DNA of 63,654 nucleotides, counting the filler, from Microthyrium microscopicum (taxonomy: Eukaryota), in assembly GCA_010405405.1 (NCBI GenBank). It is 11 parts of 5 records of this genome, joined end to end, with 100 filler letters (N's around TTAATTAATTAA, not from the genome) between each part and the next. Parts side by side here need not be neighbours in the genome. Positions count along the whole stretch, not along the records: positions 47,228 to 55,318 come from MU004245.1; positions 55,419 to 59,986 come from MU004245.1; positions 60,087 to 61,493 come from MU004247.1; positions 61,594 to 63,654 come from MU004247.1; 7 more parts are not named here. One strand, given 5' to 3'. This document shows positions 53,633 through 63,654 of this stretch, one piece after another (position 1 is the stretch's first letter; each line of letters starts with the position of its first letter). The notes beneath the pieces were generated by a model that ran no database searches, had not been told where the DNA came from, and was given only the letters and a program-made list of their open reading frames with translations. The position numbers and the translations under genes are program-made.

Positions 53633-56097
53633 ATAAGACCTCTTTACCTATTTTCCTACTTATATTATAATATCTTATATAGTAAGTATATACTCTATAG
53701 CTTATTTATAATTTTTATCTTAAATAGCGTCTTAATAGCTATAAATTACTACCTAATACTAAATCCTTAACTAAGTGCTATAATAGTATTATAGATACTA
53801 ACNNNNNNNNNNNNNNNNNNNNNNNNNNNNNNNNNNNNNNNNNNNNNNNNNNNNNNNNNNNNNNNNNNNNNNNNNNNNNNNNNNNNNNNNNNNNNNNNNN
53901 NNNNNNNNNNNNNNNNNNNNNNNNNNNNNNNNNNNNNNNNNNNNNNNNNNNNNNNNNNNNNNNNNNNNNNNNNNNNNNNNNNNNNNNNNNNNNNNNNNNN
54001 NNNNNNNNNNNNNNNNNNNNNNNNNNNNNNNNNNNNNNNNNNNNNNNNNNNNNNNNNNNNNNNNNNNNNNNNNNNNNNNNNNNNNNNNNNNNNNNNNNNN
54101 NNNNNNNNNNNNNNNNNNNNNNNNNNNNNNNNNNNNNNNNNNNNNNNNNNNNNNNNNNNNNNNNNNNNNNNNNNNNNNNNNNNNNNNNNNNNNNNNNNNN
54201 NNNNNNNNNNNNNNNNNNNNNNNNNNNNNNNNNNNNNNNNNNNNNNNNNNNNNNNNNNNNNNNNNNNNNNNNNNNNNNNNNNNNNNNNNNNNNNNNNNNN
54301 NNATAAATAGAAACTTATTATTATTTATAATATATAATAGTAATATATCTAAATATATAAGTACTAATATTAAGCTTAAGTTAAGATAGCTTTCTAAGAG
54401 TAGTATTAGTAGTATTAATAATAACCCTAATAAGGTATCTTTTCTTAAAAATAGTAATACTTTACTACTACCTAGTAATATATCTTACTTAGTTATTACT
54501 TTTAAACTAAATTATTATTATTTATTAAAAAAAAGAAGGAAAATCTTTATTATAGCCTTATTTCTATCTTCTATACTACTACTACTAATTAAGCTTATCT
54601 TTAATACTTTATTATATAATAATAAGTATAGCTTTATACTTAATACTACTACTCTATTAGTATTTATATCTTAGAACTAATAAAATTACGCTAATACTTT
54701 TATAACTATTTCTTTAAGAATAAGTATAATAACTTTAGTAAAGAAAGTAGTTAAAGTTATTAAAGCCTTCTTCTCCTTTAATTCTCTTTCTTTATTACTA
54801 AATTATTATCTTAAGAGAAATATATCTTTACGTTATATAATGCTAAATATTAAGTTCTTCTTTAGGTTTAATTTATTAATTACTTTAAAGAAGAAAAGTA
54901 GTTACTATCTACCTTATAGAATAGCTAAACGTATACTAGTTTCTAAGCCTTTAGGCTATAAGACATAAAATATTTTAGTTACTTTATTCTTACTTATTAT
55001 AAAACTAATATTTTTTACTAAATTATAATAAACCTAAGCTAGTAGGCTATTCTATAATATTATAGATATATCTATTCTATTTCTAATACTCTATTATAAA
55101 AATTATATTAATATATATTACTTTTATAAATTAATATATATATATACTAGTAACGTAAGAAGTAGAAAATAAAATACGCTACTAGCTCTACTAAGCTAGT
55201 AAATTACTAGCTATAAAATAAATAAATAGCCTAGTCTAAAGCTATCTTAGTCTTAGGTATTAGTTAATAAATAGTTTATTAATAATAGACTAAAGATTAA
55301 GGAGTTAAAGAACTATATNNNNNNNNNNNNNNNNNNNNNNNNNNNNNNNNNNNNNNNNNNNNTTAATTAATTAANNNNNNNNNNNNNNNNNNNNNNNNNN
55401 NNNNNNNNNNNNNNNNNNAGTAAAAGATATATTAATTAAAGTATAAACTATAAAATAATTAGATTATAGATATAAGTTATTATTTAGATCTCTTTTCTAG
55501 TATTAATATTCTCTAAGGTATAGAACTTATTTATAAGAACTTAAGATTCTATCTTAATACCTCTTCTTCTTAGGAACTTATTTAGTAATAAAATATAGTA
55601 AGTTAGTCTTAGAGCTCTTATAGAGCTAGAAATAGGGCATAGAAAAGGCTAGACTAGACTAATAGTAAATATATATAAGAGCTATTATTAGAATAATATT
55701 AACGTTCTAGTTAAAAATAAAGACGTATAAAGCTATTATATTAAGAACTATTAATAAGTATTATAAAGTAGTAAAGTAAGTACTTACTTAACTTATAAGA
55801 TATAAGTTATACCTAAGCTATATTTTAGCTACGTAATTATTAAAATAAAATTAACTTAGATACTATTTTTTTTTTATTTAAATAGGCTTTATTATATCTA
55901 CTAGTAAAGTAAATAAAGTATTAGAGTATATAGCTTTTTAAGGATAATAGCTATTATTACTTATACTAGGTACTTAAAGTATAGTAGTACGTAATTTCTT
56001 AAATACTTAATAATATTATCTTTTAAAAGCTTAAAACTTAATTAATTAGTTTACTAAGCTTTATATAGATAGCTAATATACTTTAGTATTATTAGTA

Positions 56098-59000
56098 TCT
56101 AAGTAAATCTTAAATATATAAGTATAAGAAATAATCTAAAAAGACTAGTAGCTTATATATTAATACTTTTTATTAACTTAGTTAAATTTCTATAAGATAT
56201 TATGCTAGCTTACTTATATTAGCTTATAAAGCCTAGAGAATATTAGCTAAAGAGTATCTAGATTAATAAATTTTAGTAAATTATAAATAAGTTAGGTTAC
56301 TTTTACTATTAAGAGTAGTACTTTAAATAGATTATTAAATATATTATTATTAACTTTAATATATTTTATTATAGTAATAAGTTAATTAACTAAACTATTT
56401 TAAATATCTATAATAGGTAAGTATAAGCTTAATTATAGGAATAAAGTACTTATATTAGTATTAAGAACCTATATAAATCTTTCTACCTTAAAGCTAAATA
56501 TAAGGCTTTCCTAGCTCTAATTTTAAGTAAGTAAGCTAGTACTATATATAGAAGGCTTAAATATTAAGCTAAGTATCTTTAATTTTACTTTTTATAAAAC
56601 TTCTAGTATAAATATAAAGTAAAGTAATAGTATTAAGTATACTAGCTATAATAAATATTTCTAAATTATATAGATAAGGTAATAAGACTAGCTATAAAAC
56701 GTTTATTAGTAATAAAAATAAATTCTTTAATTAGCCTAGGGTTAAGAATATTATTTTAAGTAATATTAAGAGTTTAATATATAGTTCTAAAAATAAAGTA
56801 GTTAGGTAGTACTAGGTAAGCTATATAATACTTAGTAGTAATTTATATATTTTAGTTTAGTCCTTTAGTAATAAGCCTTTTTCCTTAAGCTCTTTACTAT
56901 TACTAGACTTTTTAAGAGTATTATTTTTAGGGCTATTTTTAGAAGGTTTAAATCTATTAGCATTATAGAAGCTAATATATTCTCTAGCTTTAAGAGCCTC
57001 TTTAATATTCTTATCTTAAGAATTAATTACTAGTTCTTACTCTTTTAATTTACTATATTACTTACTTAAAAGAAAATATAGATTTATAACTAAGATAAGT
57101 CTCTATAGTATTATAGCTTACTTTAATAAGTTTATATCTTCTTTAATCTATAGTCCTAGTAACTTAATACTTTCTTAGGTAATTATATTTAGAACCTTAA
57201 AAAGAAAGCTAACTAACTTTAGATACTTATAAAAAGACTCTAATATAGTAAAAAGACTTTTAATAATATTATCTAAGAATAGTAATAAAGATAAATTAGC
57301 TAGTCTAATTATTATAACTAAAACCTAAAGTACTTATAATAAGAAGTTAAAAGTATTAAGCTATAATATAACTATATTAACTAGGTAGTTTATATTATTA
57401 ATAATTATTTCTTTACTACTATAATATTTATAGTAACCTACTAAAAGATTAAAAGTAATAATAGTATACTAATAAAGCTTAGGAATTAATAAACTTATAG
57501 TTTATATAATAAGATAAAAGTAATTAATAAACTTAGAGTAAAACTCTTCTTTATAAAAATAGGCTTATAATATTATTACTTTAAGAAATAAAGCTTAAAT
57601 ACGCTAGTTCTTTATTTTATAATCTAAGATATTAAGTATTTATAGAGTAAAGTTATAGGCTTCTTTAAGTAAATCTTAAAGTCTATTATTAATACTATCT
57701 ATATATAGTATATTAAATAAAAAAGATTTACTTACTACTTAGAGTAGCTAGAGTAATACCTAAAGGAATATAAGCTAAATTTTCTTATTATAATTTTATA
57801 AGGAAGCTACTAATTACTTAGTTAATTAAAAAGAATAGTTATTTATAGCTAGTTAGCTTATTATTCTAGATATTTCTAGAATAATCTACTTTTAAGTTTT
57901 ATTAATAGTAATAATATTTAGTATAGATATTTCTTTACTTCTACTAAGTATTATAATTTCTATAGAAAATAGCTAGTTTTACTTAGAGATTAGAGTTAAT
58001 TTTTTTTAAGAAGAGAAAACGTTAATAATACTATTTCTAATACTTATAGCTAATATATATTCTATATAGAAAGATCTATTCTATTATTACTTAAGAAATA
58101 AAAGTTTAAAGAAATTTAATTAAGTATTTATTAGTATAGAGTATTATCTATAGAGAGTATAACTCTTAAGAGTAATATAATACTATTATAAAGAATAGAA
58201 TAAAGTATCTTTATAATTAACTTATTAATAACTATAAAATACTCTAAGTCTATTATAATTTATTTATTATTAGCTATAACTATAAGTATACTCTCTAATA
58301 GTATATTTTAAGCTAGCTCTAAAAAGATTTAGTAATTTTTAAAGTAAATTAAATATAAATAAGCTAAAGTATACTTAACCTAAATATAATTATAAGTTTA
58401 TAACTTTATAATATTTAAGAGTATAATTTTAACTTATTCTACTATAGTATAAAGCTATACTTAATTTAGTACTTTAGATAATTCTTCTTCTTACGTATAT
58501 TATTCTAGTAGAGATTTAGTTTTATTATCTCTTAGTATACTTACTAGAAGCTTTAATAGAAATTTAAGGCTTACTACTAAAGGTTTATAAAAAGTTTTAT
58601 TACTAAGCTTTAGACTTAGTAGCTATACTAAGTAGAATATAAAGCCTAAAAAAAAAATAAAGATAAAGTTATATAATCTAGCTATACTTTATAGAATAAA
58701 TTAATAGCTTTTAGAGCTATAAACTAAATATTAGATAAGCTAGAATTTATAATATTCTCTAATATAATTATTAAGATCTTACTAATTTATAGAATATAAA
58801 GTATAAATATTAAAGTATTTTTACTATATAAACTACTTTCTAAAGACTAGAATATTTTACTAAAGTACTAAAGTACTATAGTATAAAGCTTTTCTAAGTC
58901 TAGTCTAGTTAGTATACTTTTCTTCTTTAGATTAAGTAGAAAGATAAGTAAAATTATAAGCTATATACCTAGTTCTAGTATAATATCTCTTTTTTATATA

Positions 59001-59284
59001 GTATCTAGAAGTAGAGATATATATTTAAAGGTAAGTTTTTATGCTTTAAAAGAGACCTTTTCTAGTTATTAAAGTATATTAGATAATAAGAAGAAGATAT
59101 AATTAGCTAGCTTCTTATCTAGTACTTTTAAAACTAAAGGATATTTAAAGATCTTTAAGAAATTTAATAGCCTAAGAATAATAATAGTAGAGTCTTTATT
59201 ACTACTTATAGAAGTAAGAGTAGCCTAGCTTAAAGTAATATATAGTAGTTTAAGTTTTTAGAAAGCTTTATTTTAAGTATTTAT
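56098..59284 (-). pseudogene. TTI1: TEL2-interacting protein 1 (TTT complex HEAT-repeat subunit) relic, near full length
   Basis: De-RIP readings MDARNEAFQKLKPPCVALSQ (from 59284); LDKKLADYIFFPLS (~59120-59080); IDNVNYLVD.V.LRLNAFDFSSQAPQVLVMMIRLA...LPFLDDVVESL (~57410-57255); LTQHYLT...FLPLVNVLWPVLLPRLYDSE (~56820-56660); DPDALWL (~56265-56245). Confidence 0.85.
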
Positions 59285-60544
59285 TTCTAATTATTATAAG
59301 ACTTCTTATAAGACTTCTTTTTAAAATCTTAAATTCTAAGTATCTAAAAAGTTACTAATATTATATTTAAAGAGTATTTTAAGGAGAGTTTAAAGGCTAA
59401 TTTTATAAACTATACGTTATACTATAGTAAGTTTAAGTATCTCTTTATAGTCTTTACTCTTATACTTTATTTAATAAAACTTTAATCTTATTCTTTTTTA
59501 AAACTATTAAGAGATTTATAAGCCTAGATTTAATACTAAAGAAATAAATAGAAGAAAAGAGCTTAAAGAAGGCTCTATAAAAGTAAAGTCTAAGTACTTT
59601 TAATTTCTATATTAAATAGAGTAGTAGTAGTCTAATAGGGTGCTACTTCTTCTTTATAAACTAGTAACTTTAATCTATAACTTTATTTTAACTTTACTTT
59701 AGATTTTACTTAAATTAAAGTATAATAGATTTTACTAATATTAACCTAAACAAAAATTATAAGTATATACTATAAAAAGAGCTCTACTTTACCTTTTATT
59801 CTAACCTTATTACTAATAGGTATTAGTCTAAAGTAGTATATTATAACTATAATAATACTAGTAATATAACTTAATAAAAGTATATAGAGTTATAAAGAAA
59901 GTAAGTTAATATATTTTCTTTATAAATACTAAGCCTTTTAATACACTATTATAGTATATTTATAAGTACTTAATATTAATAAGATANNNNNNNNNNNNNN
60001 NNNNNNNNNNNNNNNNNNNNNNNNNNNNNNTTAATTAATTAANNNNNNNNNNNNNNNNNNNNNNNNNNNNNNNNNNNNNNNNNNNNTACCTTCCTTTCTA
60101 TTAATATTACTAATATATTCTTTATTACTACCTTAAATACTATCTACCTTAGTTAATAGGTAAATATAGATTAAGTATATACTAAGCCTATAAGTACTAT
60201 TAACTTAAAATTTAACTTTATAAGTATTTTTCTCTTATGCTAATTTTATATTTATTATAGATATATTATTATCTTTATATATATATAGCTTAAAATAAAA
60301 AGTAATAAGCTCTTTAATTTTAATATAGAGTATAAAGGAATAATAATTATTACGAAAATAAGAAGCTAGATAGTAAATTAAGAAAAAGAAAGTAAAGTTA
60401 CTTATATTACTTATAATTACTAATATAGAAGATAATAATAATAAAGAGAAAAAAGAGAAAAAAAAAGAAGAAAAGGCTAAAGAAAGGAGTATATTAGAAT
60501 AATACTAAGAGGTTAAAATTTCCTTATATTAAGTATATATTATA

Positions 60545-61080
60545 AAGATAATAAGTATATACTTAAAATATAAATTATTTTCTCTACTAAGAAACGCTAG
60601 TTAGTATATACTTATTAATACTCTTCTTTCTTTAAGTAAATAAGGTAATAAGTATAAGCTTAAAATATAAATTATCTTCTTTATTAAGAAATACTAGTTA
60701 GTATGTACTTATATTATATACTTTTTTTTTTAGTAAAAAAGGTAATAAGTATATATTTATTAATACTTCTTCTTCTTTAAGTAGATAAGATAGTAAATAC
60801 GTACTTAAAGTATACTCTATTTTCTTAAGTAAAAGATACTAGTTAATACATACTTATATTATATAACCTCTTCTTTAAGTAGAAAAATAATAAATATATA
60901 CCTATTATTACTCCTTTTTCTTTAAATAAATAAAGTAATAAGTACGTACTTAAGGTATACTTTATCTTCTTAAGTAAAAGATACTAATTAGTACCTACCT
61001 TTATTAAACACTTTTTTATTAAAATAGAGAAGATAATAAGTATATACTTAAGCTATACTTTTTCTTTTTTTAGTAAAACT
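60545..61080 (-). repeat. Degenerate array of ~40-50-bp units, reverse complement of the 62283-62870 array
   Basis: e.g. GATAATAAGTATATACTTAAGCTATACTTTTTCTTT at ~61032. Confidence 0.75.
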
Positions 61081-62282
61081 TTTAATATATATAAAATTTT
61101 TATAAGAAGAGACTATAGTACGTACTAAATATAAAGCTTCTAACTTTTATTTAGCTAATAAATTCTATTTACTAATATATACTTACTTCTATATAAATAT
61201 AAATTAAGTATATACTAGATATATATTAAATATATACTAAGTATAAACTAAGTATAGTTATAGTTATATAATTAATAAATAAGAAATTAACTTTTAGTTA
61301 ATAAATATTATTTAGTAGTATAAACTTAATTTTAACTATATATATACTAAATATAAACTAAGTATAAACTAAGCCTAGTTATAGTTATATAATTAACTTA
61401 TATTTAGTATATAATATACTTATTAAATAATATAAACTTAACTTTAACTATATATATACTAAATATATATAATATTCTCTCTTTATTTATATANNNNNNN
61501 NNNNNNNNNNNNNNNNNNNNNNNNNNNNNNNNNNNNNTTAATTAATTAANNNNNNNNNNNNNNNNNNNNNNNNNNNNNNNNNNNNNNNNNNNNATTATAA
61601 CTTAAAAAATAAAGTAAGTTTATAGTATATACTAAGCTTATTATTAATTTATTTTTAAATTTATATAATATTTTAAAAGTATATAGTATTATATATTAAA
61701 TATTAGCTTTAAACTAGTAGTTATAGCTATTTATTATTAATATAAAGAATAGATAAAATAGTTTAATAGTACTATAGTACGTACTAAGCTTTCTATTAAT
61801 TTGTTTTTTATTTTATAAAATAATATTTTAAAAGAAATATATAATATATATTAAGCTTAAAGCTTTATTTTTTTTTTTAGTTATATAAGAATATTATTAA
61901 AATAATTAATATTATATATAAAGTTTATATTTTTTATTAATAGTTATAACTAATTATAATTATTAAAAAATATAAATTATAAAAAATTAAATAAAAATTT
62001 AATATATATTATACTTTTATTATTAATTTATATTTATACTTCTATAATATTATTTTAAAAGTATTAAGTAGTATAAATTAAAAATAAACTTTATTCTTAA
62101 TTTTTATAGTTAAATTAATATAAAAAATAAAGTAAAGTATAGTTTATTTTAGAAGTACGTACTAAGCTATATATATAATTTTATTTTACTATTTATAAAA
62201 TAAAGCTTTAAAAGTAGTTAGTAGTACGTACTAAATAAAGGTATACTTATTTTTAACTATTAGTAGTATTATATTATAATTA

Positions 62283-62870
62283 TTTCTACTTAAAGAATAA
62301 GGAGCGTAACTTAAGTATATACTTATTACCTTTTCTACTTAAGGAAAAAGAAGCGTAGCTTAAGTACGTATTTATTATCTTTTATATTTATAAAAGAAAG
62401 AGCGTAGCTTAAATATATATTTATTATCTTTTATACTTAATAAAGAAGGAGTATAGCTTAAATACGTACTTATTCTCTTTTATACTTAAGGAAAAAGAAG
62501 CGTAGCTTAAGTATATACTTATTACCTTTTATACTTAAGAAAGTAAAAGCGTAACTATAGTATATATTTATTACTTTTTCTACTTAAGAAAGAAGTATAA
62601 TTTAATTATATACTTATTACTTTTTCTACTTAAGGAAGAAGGAGCGTAGCTTAAGTATATACTTATTATCTTTTATATTTAAGGAAAGAAAAGTATAACT
62701 TTAGTACGTACTTATTTTCTTTCTTTACTTTAATAAAGAAATTATATAATAAAGATATATACTAATTAGCGTCTCTTACTTAAAGAAGAAGAGGCATAAC
62801 GTAGATATATATTAATTAGCATTTTTTATTTAGAGAAGAAAGAGCATAATATAAGTACGTACCTATATTA
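62283..62870 (+). repeat. 49-bp tandem array (~9 clear + ~3 degenerate units)
   Basis: Unit TTCTACTTAAGGAAGAAGGAGCGTAGCTTAAGTATATACTTATTACCTT. Confidence 0.92.
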
Positions 62871-63654
62871 CCTATTTATTTTAAGCTATATTAAACCTTT
62901 TAATATTTATCTCTTTAAAATTTAATTCTATTTTCTATTTTATACTTACTATAACCCTAGCCTATATTAGACTATCTTATACTTAGTATAAGCTAAAAAT
63001 ACCTTAAGATTAAGCTTATTATTATATTAATAGTGTATATAACATAATTAATCCTTATTTATAATTTAAATATACTTATAGTATATTCTATACGTACTTA
63101 GTATAGAAAATAGCTTATATTTTTAGGTCTATTAGATAATCTAAACCCTAGTTTTATTCCTTTAAGTATATATCTAGTAATCTATACTTTATATATACTA
63201 AACCTAGGCTAAGCTAGCTAAAAGTTCTACTAATTAAAAAGAACCTAGATAAAGCATATATTAAAGTCTTTTCTTACAAGAATAAGACTACTAGTAAGTT
63301 TTTCTAATAAGTATATACTTAGTTTAAGCTAAAATAATAATAAAGAATAGTTATTATATACTTAATATAGTTTATATCTTTATAGTTAGCTAAATATATA
63401 TTATTTCCTTAGCCTATATTAAACTTATACTTATACTATAGAGTTACTAAATAAAAAATAATAATAATAAAATATATAGTAGATTTATTACCTAACTTAA
63501 TAGTATTTATAAATTAAGTATATACTTAATATATCTTCTAACTTATTAATAGCTTTAAACTTATTACTATATTAACTATCTAAGTTATAGTAAGTTTAGT
63601 CTATATTATACTTAGTATAAAACTAAAGTTTCTTAGTAGCTAAAGTTAGCGTTA

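Larger units (their letters stand above)
1..63654. other. RIP-mutated AT-rich fungal compartment
   Basis: Pervasive TA dinucleotides and near absence of CA/TG. Duplicated copies differ almost only by C/T and G/A transitions. Recognisable frames are broken by TAA/TAG at expected Q/R/W codons. Confidence 0.97.

Noticed and set aside
55419..59986. LTR retrotransposon pol, expected in RIPped DNA
   Set aside because: No RT, RNase H or integrase motifs were seen; the minus-strand frame matches TTI1 instead.

Overview
Fungal (Pezizomycotina-type) AT-rich DNA heavily mutated by RIP (TpA excess, almost no CpA/TpG). No intact gene survives, and ten artificial N44-TTAATTAATTAA-N44 linkers join contigs whose true adjacency is unknown. 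I reconstructed proteins by eye, reading frames with RIP reversed (C>T/G>A); no database search was run. The main find is a less-mutated block of ~18 kb (~16260-34072) on one contig. It contains (i) a frame-intact ~5.2 kb 'telomere-linked helicase' relic (DUF3505/OrsD-like Zn N-terminus, central region with a tyrosine-recombinase-like R...RH...GH...Y signature, RecQ-like SF2 helicase); (ii) a full-length Masc1/RID-like C5 cytosine methyltransferase relic between two direct 19-bp minisatellite arrays; (iii) a 700-bp branched palindrome bracketed by 200-bp hairpin-bearing direct repeats just upstream of the helicase; (iv) several unknown ORF relics and tandem arrays. Together these suggest a candidate recombinase-helicase mobile element carrying its own RIP-family methyltransferase. 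Elsewhere there are two TOR kinase (FRB + catalytic domain) pseudogene copies attached to a 194-bp satellite, a full-length TTI1 pseudogene, local duplications and many tandem repeats.
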